From assembly GCF_000142905.1 (NCBI RefSeq), contig NW_013657679.1, positions 312,657-376,656 of the forward strand: a stretch of 64,000 nt of DNA. Reading direction: 5' to 3'. The position numbers and the translations under genes are program-made. The notes beneath the pieces were generated by a model. That model saw only the letters and a program-made list of their open reading frames with translations. It had not been told where the DNA came from and searched no databases. This DNA is from Thecamonas trahens ATCC 50062. Its lineage: Eukaryota > Protista > Apusomonadida. Shown here one piece after another: positions 10,300 to 20,900 of this stretch (its first letter is position 1; each line of letters starts with the position of its first letter).

Positions 10300-10806
10300 A
10301 TGGCTTCGTCTTGCTCGGCCTCGTCGTCGTCGTCCGCAGCTCCCGAGGTGAACGCCCTGGAGACGGTGGTCGTCCATGGACGGCCGGTCATGTACGAGTA
10401 CCTTGACCACACTGCTGATGTCCAGCTCCACGCCTGGGGCTACGATGTGGGCGAGGCCATGGAGAACGTGGCATTGGCCATGTTTGACTACGCCACCGAA
10501 CTGCCGGGTGTGCGACCTGTCGATGAGCGGACTGTCACCGTGTCTGGCACAGACATGCCATCGCTCATCTACAACTTTCTCGATCAGTTGCTGTACATCT
10601 TCTGCACCGACCTCTGGGTCCCCTCCTCCGTCTTTGTCGCCGCCCTCGACACTCAAGCCTATTCTGTCACTGTCCGCGCTCGTGGAGAGGTCTTCAATCC
10701 TGATCGCCATGTCCGTGGCACAGAGATCAAGGCCATCACCTACTCCAACATGCAGATCAACGTCAAGGACGACCGTACAGACATCTATGTCATCGTCGAC
10801 ATCTAA
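10300..10806 (+). CDS. ZBTB8OS: Archease (cofactor of RtcB tRNA-splicing ligase)
   Basis: YEYLDHTADVQLHAWG, AMF.Y, GE.F....H..GTEIKAITYSNMQI, C-terminal IYVIVDI. Confidence 0.95.
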   Translation: MASSCSASSSSSAAPEVNALETVVVHGRPVMYEYLDHTADVQLHAWGYDVGEAMENVALAMFDYATELPGVRPVDERTVTVSGTDMPSLIYNFLDQLLYIFCTDLWVPSSVFVAALDTQAYSVTVRARGEVFNPDRHVRGTEIKAITYSNMQINVKDDRTDIYVIVDI

Positions 10807-10841
10807 TTAGGGCCCACCCGCCCCGCTGACTGTCCCTCCAG

Positions 10842-12548
10842 CTACTTCTGCACAAGTCGTGCCGCTGCTGCGATCGCTGCGTCCTCGTGCACCACTACCA
10901 CCTCGTCATGTGCAGCTCCACCACTGGTCACCATACGGATGTGGACCTCGGCACGCTCCGGCGCCTTGGAGTGGACCAATATCGCGGCCGGGATGCCCGC
11001 CAACGCCGCTTCGCGCTTCTTGCGCCCGTTTGACATGTCGCGATCATCCACAAGGACGCGGCCCTCGCCCAAGACGCTCAGCGCGGCCTCCAGCCGAGCC
11101 ACCCGGGCGGCAAGCTCGGGCGAATGCGCCACCTTGCGCGCCGGCGGCACAATGAGCGTCGCCACAAACGGTGCGAGTGCAAGCGGCCATCGCATCCCGT
11201 CCTTGTCGCCGTGCACCTCTTGCACTGCCGCCATTAGCCGCGAGACTCCAATGCCGTAGCAGCCCATCTCGATCGGCCGCTCCGCCGTCAGCCCGCCGCC
11301 GTCGCGCGTCGGCACACGCACCACCGCGCCCATCCCACTCGAGTACTTGGTTCCCAGAAGAAACGCATGCCCCACCTCGATCCCGCGCCGCTCCACCAGC
11401 TCGCCAGCCTCGCAGCACGGGCACCCGTCGCCCGCTCTAGCGCTGGCCACGTCCTCCCACCCCAGCGACGCCGACGCCAGCACTGGCTCCAGCGGCATCG
11501 CACCCGACGGCGCCGCCGCCACATCCACGCCGTCCAGTCCGTTGTGCCCCAGAGACTCCAGGACCCGCGTCAGCCGCAGTCTGTTCACCTCAATGCCGCT
11601 AGGCAGCTGCAGCGAGTACGTCGCCTTGCCGGCCAGCACCGTGTGCTCGACACTCGCCGCACCTGCAGCTCTTGCAGCCATATCGCCGCCGGCCTCCTCC
11701 ACATTTGCCGCATACCCGCACCCGTCATCGGCCCCGCTGCACTGCAGCACAGCGTCCTCGCCCACATCCGCCATGACGTGGAACTCGTGCGAGAGCGAGC
11801 CGCCGATGTTGCCTGTGTCCGCCGCAGCCATCAGCGGCCGCAACCCGAGCGAGACCAGGAGCTGCGTGTACGCGGCAGTCACCGTCGCATACGTCTCCCG
11901 CGCCGCAGTCTCATCGACATCAAAGGTGTACATGTCCTTCATCACAAACTCGCGCGCACGCATCAGCCCAAACCGTGGCCGGATCTCATCACGGTACTTG
12001 GTCCCGATCTGGTACAGCCGCAGCGGCAGCGACTTGTACGAGTCGAGCTCTGCTGCGACAAGAGCTGTAAAGACCTCTTCGTGAGTAGGTGCCAGAACAA
12101 GCGTCTTTCCACGCCGATCTTCCAAAGCAAATATCTCGCTTCCGCCTCCCTTGCTTCCTTCCTTCTCGTCTCCTTGCTCGCTGTCGGCTTCTTGCGGAAG
12201 CAACCGGCCAGACATCTCCCACAGCTCGCGAGGCACCAGATGCGGCATGGTGCACTCGTTGCCGTCGATGCCATCCATCGCCGCTCGGACTGCACCCGAC
12301 ACATTCTCCAGGACACGGCGGCCCATCGGGAGCAGCATGTGCAGTCCAGGTGCCAGTGCACGGGCGTAGCCAGCCCGAAGCAGCAATCCGTGCGACAACG
12401 TCGACGCGTCGGCCGGCACGTCTGCCAGAGTCGGAGTAAACACGGAACCAGCCCGGGTCACTCTCGCACTCCCACCACCAACCACATGCTGCATCCACCG
12501 TACAGTCCGTCCAACACTGACTCCTGCTCTGTGCCACCCGCGGAACAT
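10842..12548 (-). CDS. PARS2: Prolyl-tRNA synthetase, bacterial/mitochondrial type
   Basis: SH.LLLRAGY, LAPTHEE, LPLRLYQIGTKYRDEIRPRFGLMRAREFVMKDMYTFD, IGG.LSHEFH, RGIEVGH.F.LGTKYS, MGCYGIGVSRL, WP..LAPF, DDR. Arg-rich presequence-like N-terminus from MFRGWHR (12548); the ORF is open to 12683. Confidence 0.93.
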   Translation of the reverse strand: MFRGWHRAGVSVGRTVRWMQHVVGGGSARVTRAGSVFTPTLADVPADASTLSHGLLLRAGYARALAPGLHMLLPMGRRVLENVSGAVRAAMDGIDGNECTMPHLVPRELWEMSGRLLPQEADSEQGDEKEGSKGGGSEIFALEDRRGKTLVLAPTHEEVFTALVAAELDSYKSLPLRLYQIGTKYRDEIRPRFGLMRAREFVMKDMYTFDVDETAARETYATVTAAYTQLLVSLGLRPLMAAADTGNIGGSLSHEFHVMADVGEDAVLQCSGADDGCGYAANVEEAGGDMAARAAGAASVEHTVLAGKATYSLQLPSGIEVNRLRLTRVLESLGHNGLDGVDVAAAPSGAMPLEPVLASASLGWEDVASARAGDGCPCCEAGELVERRGIEVGHAFLLGTKYSSGMGAVVRVPTRDGGGLTAERPIEMGCYGIGVSRLMAAVQEVHGDKDGMRWPLALAPFVATLIVPPARKVAHSPELAARVARLEAALSVLGEGRVLVDDRDMSNGRKKREAALAGIPAAILVHSKAPERAEVHIRMVTSGGAAHDEVVVVHEDAAIAAAARLVQK

Positions 12549-12723
12549 GGCTGCTTGGCAAGTCGTGTGCTCGTGAGTTGGCGACTCCGCCTCCACAACG
12601 TGGGATCCGCTGTGCCGACGACGGCCGCAGGCCACGGCGGCGACAAGGCTTTCCATCCCTACATTTGAATCTCTACGTGTCACTTGACTTCATTTAGGGC
12701 TCTATCATCTCATTCGAACCCGA

Positions 12724-15700
12724 TCAAGCTTGTCGGATGGTGTCAAGCCGCTGCAGCGCTCGCTGGACTCGGACGTCAGCCTCGGCCTTGACCTCGTCGA
12801 TCTCGGTGGTGAGTGCGGCCGACTTGGCTTTTGCATCGTCGAGGGCCCTCAAGAGGCGGGTGATCTGCCGAGCCTGCGAGGCAGAAACAACCTTGACCAT
12901 CTCATGTGTGTGCCGCTCGAGCACCAGCTCCATTCGGCTCTCGACGTACATCCGCATGTAACGGATAATCTCCTCTTCAGACGACTCGCCATCGTCACTT
13001 GAGTCGCCGGCAAACGGATCCGAGACGGTGACAAGGCCTTGCAGCTTGTCAATGCCGCGGCGAATGCTCTTCAGAGCGGCATCACGCTCCGAAGCCAGCT
13101 TGATTAGCTTCTCGTTGGCCTCGCGGGCACGGGCATGCGCCGCCGCCACCTTGTCGCGCGAGATGTTGCCCGAGAGAACCGAGGCGTTTGCCAACCGCCG
13201 CTCCTCCAGCAGCTGCGCCTCCTTGGCAGCAATGCTCCCCGGCAGTACGTCTTCGATGATCTCAAACGCACTATCGATGCGCTCCATGTACCGTTCCGCC
13301 CGCGAAAGTACCGTCTCGTCCATCATGCTCTGCGTCGCGGTCGCGTTGAGGTGCGACTGAGAGAACGACGCCTGCAGCAGAATGTGCGAGGTGTGCGCTC
13401 GGTCAACAGCCTCATCGAGCGTCGACCGCACACCCACCAACGCAGTCTCCAGCTCCGACCGAGACGCCTCGGCAGCATCCGCTTCAGCGCGGACCTGCAC
13501 AAGCTCGGCCTCAAGATCAGCATACTGTTCGTCCGCCCGGACAATCGAGCCTTCCAGCTCGCGCAACGCGGCGCGCATGGCCACAACCTCTGGTCCGAGC
13601 TCGGCGTCGGCGTCGGCGTCAAGCGCAGTGAGGGCCTCGATGTCACGCTTCAAAACGTTCAGGTGCGCCACATTTGCCTCGCGCCCGGCCGCAAGCGACG
13701 CTTGGTCAGTGGCAATTGCTGACACCCGCGAGCTGTGCACACGGAGCACTCCGTTGAGGTGCTCGGCAATGAGGCGCACCGTCCGTGTGGTCGCCGTTGA
13801 CGCTTCAGACGCATCGTCCGACATCGCTGCAGACGCCGCAGCCGCCGCTTCTTCCGCCGCCGCCACTCGCTGGTCGGCAAGTGCCGCCGCTGCCTTGAGG
13901 TTCTCGATCAGCACCTCGGCCTCGTGCTTCTCGGCACGCAGAGCGCGCGCCGCCGATTCGCTCGCCTCCATGCGCGCGCTTGCATCTGACAACTGACTCC
14001 GCAAGTGTGCATTGTGACTCAGCAGCGTGTGCTTGAGCTCCAACAGACCATCAAGCTCGTCGCGAACACGCGCCATGTCGTCGACATACGACGAGACGCG
14101 CGACGCGTAGACCGTGGACATGGACGTGGCGTCGCCGGCAGCTCTAAGGGACTCGCTCATGTCCCGCTCCTTGACCTCGGCCTCGAGCACCACAAGCTCC
14201 GAGCGCAGCACCTCTAACGCAGCTCGGAGTTCAGCCTCGCGGGCCTCAGCAACCACGTCTGCTGTGTTCTTGGCGGCAAGCTTTGACGCCAGCTGAGCGT
14301 TAGCAGCCTGAGCCTTCTCCAGCTCGGCCGCAAGTCGGATCTCATCGCGCAAAGTCTCGGCGACGGCGGAGACCAGAAGACTTGCCTCGCTCGTCGTTGA
14401 CTCTATCGCCGACGTGTCTAGCGACGACATAGCCGACGCAAACGACTCGTCGCTCGAACGCGAGACAACAACCACCGAGCCCTGAGCTTCGTGGTCACGC
14501 TCAAGCTCTAGCACACGCGCCAGCAAGCTAGCCCGCGACGCAACAAGCTCCTCAGACAGCGACTTGGCGTTTCCTACATCGTGGAGGTAGTCGGAGAGTG
14601 AGCGCAGCTGCTCGGCACGCATCGCCGCCGTCGTTTCGGAAACCGTTGCACGCTCTAGCGCGGCCGCCACTTGGCTGCTCAGAGCGTTGTTCGCGGTCTC
14701 AGCAGCATCAGCACGCTCGATTGCGCGCTCACACTCTGCCTCCAACGCTGCAATCTCGGCCCGAGCCTCTGCCAGCCGGGTTCGGAGCGTGGCGGTGGTC
14801 AAAGCGTCGTCTGACTTGACAGCCACAAGCGCCTCAGACGAGGCAAGCAACTGTTCAAGCTGGGCGCGAGCCTGGCCGTGACGGGCCTTGTACGAGGCTG
14901 CCTCGGTGTTTGCACGCTCAACCTCGGCCTCGACCTCTGCGATGCGCATGTCGGCGTCGGCCCGCTCGCGGTCCATGCGCTCAACAAGTGATGCAACCTG
15001 CTGCTTGAGTGCCTCGACGGTCACTAGGTAGTCGTGGACAGCGTCAGCGCGAGCCTGGGAGTCGGTGATGGCTGACGATGACGAAGCAGCCACAGCCGCC
15101 TGCAACTCGGCGTTCTGTCGAGTAAGAGCATCAATTGACGCGGTCAGGGCTGCAAGCTCGACAGGCGACTCGGCTTCCTCGCCCTCCTGAATCCGCGTGA
15201 TGGCGGCGTCAAGAACCTCCGAGAGCTCCGTGGCATGCCGCTCGGCCTCGGCAATAATCGACTCACCGGTAGTCCCGTCGGAAATTGTCGATACGTTGTG
15301 TGACGACGCACCGCTCACGTCCAGCGGTGGCGTACCCGCCTCGGGCTGCGACATGATCTCCATGGCCTCGATTTCAACTGCAACACGGCCCAACTCTGCC
15401 TGGGCTCTGTTCTCAGCAAGCACTGCTGCTAACTCGACCCCCTTGGCATCGGCCTCAGCCCGTGCCGCTTCCAGAGCAGCGGTCTTGTCGGTGAGCTTCG
15501 CCTCCATCGCGGCCAGACGCAACTTGGCTCCGCTTATCTGAGCAGGGACATTCGCCAGCTCGGCTTCCTTAGCTTCAACCTCGGCCTGCGCCGCCTTCAG
15601 GGCAATTGCCTTGCTGGCAAGCTCCGTCTCCATCTCGGCCAGACGAACAGAAAGACTAGCGATGTCTCCATCCCTCTCCTTGCGGTGACCAGACGATACA

Positions 15701-17945
15701 AAGCTCACAAGGTCCTTGGCCGCGGCAGCCGCAATTGAAACCTGTGTCAGCCTGCAACCCAGCACCGCCACTCGGTCGCGCTTGAGAGCGCTCGCATGCG
15801 CTGCAAGTTCGGCAATTCGAGTCTCTTTCGCGACTGCCTTGCGGCGTGCAAACACCACGTCGTCGGCAAGCACGTCGGCTTGCTCGTTGAGGTCGCGGAC
15901 CTCGGCCTCGAGCTCCACAATCCGGGTCTCCATTTCCGACCGCTCCATTGACGCCAAGAGCGCATGAGTGCTGTCTTCGCTTGATGGCGATGATGGCGCT
16001 GCCGACGCAAACCGAACTTGCTTCGGAGAGCTTTGCCTGACCAACATGGCCTCAGCTGCTTCTGCTCGCTGCCGCTCGGCATCAAGCAGAGTCTGCATCT
16101 CCACCATCGCCTCGGCCTCGCTTTCGCGCACTGCTGCAAGTTCGGCCTCCAGGGTCGCCACTTGGTCTTTGGAGGCCGCAAGCTCTTCCAGCTTGACACC
16201 AGCCACATCAATCTCCGACATCAGCTGCTTGACCTGCGAAGCCAAATCGGCCTCGCGAGTGGCGTGCGCTTCGCGCGTGCCAACAAGGTCGTCAGCAAGA
16301 ACATCCGCCTGCGCGTTGACCTCTGCCACTTGCGCTTCAAGCGCAGCAGACCGCTTCCGCTCAGCATCGAGAGCAACCTGTAGAGTCGCAATACGGCTGT
16401 CGACAGAGGGTTCGTCCGGAGAAAGCTCCAGAGCTGCAGGTGCGACACGTGCAGTACCGCGCTCTTCGCGTAGCTCGCCAATTTCAACCTCCAGCTCCTC
16501 CACCTTGAGTGCCGCAGCCGCAGCCCGGTCCCGCTCGGCCTCCAGCTCCGACATAAGCTCGCTGACGTGCATATCGTTCGCCGCAGCAGCCCTTGCTCCC
16601 GCTAGCTCCGCCTTGAGCGCAGCAACCTCGGCCGACGATGCCCGCAACACGTTCTCGCGCAACTGCTGCTCGACATCATCGAATGCCGTCGTCATTTCCA
16701 GTGCCTCGCCGCGAGCCTGCACCACGCCGTCCTGTGCACGGGCCAGTGCAGCAGTCGCAGTTTCCAGCTCCGCCTCGAGCTCCACCACACGATCACCGCC
16801 ACCCTCTTCCTTGACGACATGCTCAACTTGAACTGCCACCTCCACAGCGGCAGACTTGACAACAGCCACGGCATCGCGCGCTACTGTCAACTCGTCGGCC
16901 AGGACGTCTGTCTGAGCATCGAGGCTGATGATTTCGGTCTCGAGCTCCTCGATCTTGGTGGCAGCAGCAGCATACCGCTCCCGCTCGGCCTCCAGCTTGG
17001 CCTCGGCTGCAGCTGCGAACGCTGCACGGGTCTGATGCTCACCAGCCAGTTTGGCCTTGAGCTCATCAATCTTGGCAGCCGCAGCAGCTGACCGCTCCCG
17101 CTCAGCTTCACCCGCATCTGCAGCCGCATTTGCAGCCACAGCACGCGCCTCACGCTCTTTGACTAGCTCGTCCGTGAGCAAGTCAGCCTGGGCATTCATC
17201 TCAGCCACCTCGGCCTCGAGTGCCTCGATCTTTGCTGTAGCAGCCGCAGTCCGAGCCCGTTCGGCCATCACTGCGGCCTCCAGCTCAGCCACCTGCGTGT
17301 CGCTCGCCGCGGCCGCCTTGACACTTGCCAACTCGGTCTTGAGTGCAGCGACCTCGGCGGCCGACGCACGAAGCACGTTCTCGCGCAACTGTGTCTCGAC
17401 ATCGTCAAACGCCGTCGTCATCTCCAACGCCTCACCGCGCGCCTGTGCCATGCCGTCCTGTGCGCGACCAAGTGCAGCCACAGCAGTTGCCAGCTCCGCC
17501 TCCAGTGCGATCACCCGTGCATTCTCGCCGGCACTGCTGCTCTCATCTGACGACATTGCGGCTGGCGGCGGTGGCGCCGCCTCGGCATCAACCACGACCG
17601 GCACTGCTGACGCCTCAGCTGCCTCGCGCGCCGCGACGACCTCGTCCGCGAGCGTGTCGGCTTGGGCGTTGAGCTCGGCCACCTCGCCTTCCAGCTCCTC
17701 GATCTTGGCGGTAGCGGCCGTAAGTCGCTCACGCTCAGACTTGAGCGCAGCCTCGAGCACCAGAACCGCCTCGTCCGCATGCTCACACTCGGCAGCCGCG
17801 CTGTCCTTGCCGTGCTTCTGAGCATCGACTTCGGTCTCGAGCTTGGCCACCTCGACCACGTGCGCCTCACGCTCCTGCACAAGCACCACATCAGCAACTG
17901 CCTCCTCTGCGGCTGCCCTTGCCGCTGCTAAGGCAGCCGCGTGTT
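12724..17945 (-). CDS. C-terminal segment of the giant coiled-coil gene (1721-aa ORF plus upstream in-frame extension)
   Basis: Long heptad ORF with repeated ERER..AATAKIEELE.EVAELNAQAD.LADE motif. Confidence 0.8.
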
Positions 17946-20900
17946 TCGCGCTGTAGCAGCTGCAGTCCGAGCCTGTTCGGCCATCACTGCGGCCTCCAGC
18001 TCAGCCACCTGCGTGTCGCTCGCCGCGGCCGCCTTGACACTTGCCAGCTCGGTCTTGAGTGCAGCGACCTCGGCGGCCGACGCACGAAGCACGTTCTCGC
18101 GCAACTGTGTCTCGACATCGTCAAACGCCGTCGTCATCTCCAACGCCTCACCGCGCGCCTGTGCCATGCCGTCCTGTGCGCGACCAAGTGCAGCCACAGC
18201 AGTTGCCAGCTCCGCCTCCAGTGCGATCACCCGTGCATTCTCGCCGGCACTGCTGCTCTCATCTGACAACATTGCGGCTGGCGGCGGTGGCGCCGCCTCG
18301 GCATCAACCACGACCGGCGCTGCTGACGCCTCAGCTGCCTCGCGCGCCGCCACGACCTCGTCCGCGAGCGTGTCGGCTTGGGCGTTGAGCTCGGCCACCT
18401 CGCCTTCCAGCTCCTCAATTTTGGCAGTGGCGGCTGCAAGTCGTTCACGCTCGGAGTTCAGCGCAGCCTCAAGAGCAACTACTGCCGCATCACTCCGCTT
18501 GAGTTCGTCCGCTACATCAGCAACACGCCGTCGTTCCGTGACAATCTCGTTGGCAAGGGCATCCGCTGCAGCGTTTGCCTCGGCAACATCAGCTTCCAGT
18601 GCATCGATCTGTGCCTCGGCAACAGCAACACGATCGCGCCACACACCCAGTGCATCGTCCATCTCAGTATTTGTGCCATCCATAACAGCCAGCTGTGCGT
18701 TCTCTCGCAGTTGCTGCTCCATGTCGCCAAACGCTGTCGACATCGCCAGAACCATGCCATGAGCCTCACCCACTCCACCCTTGGCCCGCAAAAGTGCTGC
18801 AGTAGCAACCGTCAGCTCAGCCTCGAGATCGACAACGCGCGTCTCAAGAGCCGCAACGTGATCACTCTCACTACTATGGTGTGCGGCATGCCCCCGTGCA
18901 GCCACAAGCTGGTCCGCAAGCGAGTCGGCCTGCGCGTTAAGCTCGGCCATCTCGGCTTCCAGCTTCTCCACCTTTTCCATCGCAGCAGCGTTTCGCTCAC
19001 GCTCGCCAGCAAGTGCAGTCTCCAGCGTAGCCACAGCAGAAACACGATGTCCACCTCTGGTAGAACGCTCCCTATCATCACCAGGCGCATCGCTCAGCTG
19101 CTGCTCCCGGTCGCCAAATGTCCTCGACATCTCAATAATCTCGGCCCGAGCCACAGCCACATCGCCATGTGCTCGCGCCAGCGCACTCTTGCTCATCTCA
19201 AGCCGGGTCTCGAGCTCCTGTACCCGCTGCGCAAGACGCGCAGCCTGATCAGCTGCGCCGGTGGCCCGCATATGCTCTGCGTCCGCCCGCGCTCGCTCAA
19301 CCTCAGCAAGCTCCTGCTCAGTCTGAAGTACTGCCTGCAGTGCGGTTTCCACCTGCCGCTCACTCTCAAGCACATCGTCAGACAGTGCCGCTGTCAGGCT
19401 AGGCACGCTGGCTTCGAGCTCTGCGCGCGACATTCGAGTCGCCACAAGCTCCTCCACAATAGCATCCATCTTGATATTCAGAGAAGCCAGCTCTGCTTCG
19501 AGTGCGTCGGCCCTCGACTCGGCAACGGCGCGCAGCTCACGCTCACGCCGCAGCGCATGGTCCTCGTCACCATTGTCCAGAACCGCCTCGAACGCGCTCA
19601 CTGTCGCTTCAGCCGCGACTTGAGCTTCACCGATGGCTCCTACGGCCTTGCGCAGACGTGCTTCTGCAATAGACGCCCGCATGCGCGCTTCGACCTCGCG
19701 CGCTTCGGAATCGAAAGCGCGCTTCTCGGCAGTAGCAAGCTTGTCACGCCCTGTAGAAACTTGAACAACCATTGCATCCAGCTCGACATTGGCCTCGTCG
19801 ATTTCGCCCTCCAGCAGCTCTATCGCCTCAAGCTTGTCTTCGTACAAAGCAAGAGTTCTGTCCAGCTGGTCGCGTGCTTGCGACAATTCTTCCTCGAGCT
19901 TCTTCACCTCCCCTGCGGCGACTCTGTCACGACCACTGCGAGCCGGTGTGGCGCACACCGTGGCAGTCATTGACTCATCCCAGAAGTCCGACGCCTCGTC
20001 TCCTATTGCCGAAGCAGCCACCCCATCGAGCTCGGCCGTGAGGTTTTCGAGCTCGGCGTGGAGAGCGTCAACCCGGGCGACCGGGTCGGGCATCGCGTCG
20101 TCGTCAGTCTCACTCGACAGAGCGCCGGTTCGGCGCCGACCCACCCCTCGACCCACAGAAGCCGACGCAAGCAGCGACTCGGCCAACTGCCGGGCTGCGC
20201 GCAACGTCAACACTCGCTCCTTAGCTACGCTCCTCTCCACAAAACAAGGGGCAAGTCCTTCATCCTGACGCGAACCAATGCTATGCTCAAGCAGTTGGGC
20301 GCGGAGTGCATCACGCTCGCTCAGTGCCGCCTCCAGCGCCGACCGCAACTCGGTCACCAGCTCCATATCCCGCTGATCTGCCTTTTGTCGGCGTTGCGAA
20401 TCCTCGTCTGAGGCATTCATCATAGCCTCGGTCGCCTCCGCCAACTCGCGCTCCAGGCGCGACACCTCAGCCTGTGCCGCCGCAAGCTGCCGTTTCATCA
20501 GCGCAATCTCCTCTTTGAGCTCGCCGTTGAGGCGGATCATCTTGCGGAGATCTCCCAGTAGCTTGAGCTGCGGGTCGTCCTCATCACCCAACCCAGAATC
20601 GGACGTCCGCTCAGCCTCTTCAAGACCGTGCACCAGCCGTGCACGCTCGGCCTCGACATCGCCGAACGCGGTTGCGAGGCGGGAGTCAAGCTCTGCCTCG
20701 CGTCGAGCAAGTGCCACCGCCAGCGCCTCCCGCGTCTCTTCAAGCTCCGCCTCCATCGCCGCAAGCTCGCGTCCGGCATCTTCCGACATGTTGAGCAGCT
20801 CGCGCGACCGCGCCTCCTCCGCCACAAGGCGCTCCTTGAGCCGAGCAACCTGTGACTTGAGCACCACCGTCGGCACCTGCTCCATCGATGCCTCCTCGTC

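Noticed and set aside
10842-12548. Bacterial-type ProRS (and nicotinamidase) as contamination or recent horizontal transfer
   Set aside because: ProRS has a presequence-like leader and mitochondrial ProRS is normally of this type; nicotinamidase has a spliceosomal intron; both sit among eukaryotic genes.
10807-12698. Isolated TTAGGG hexamers on either side of ProRS (10807 and 12693)
   Set aside because: Single copies only, compatible with chance; no telomeric array or element ends.
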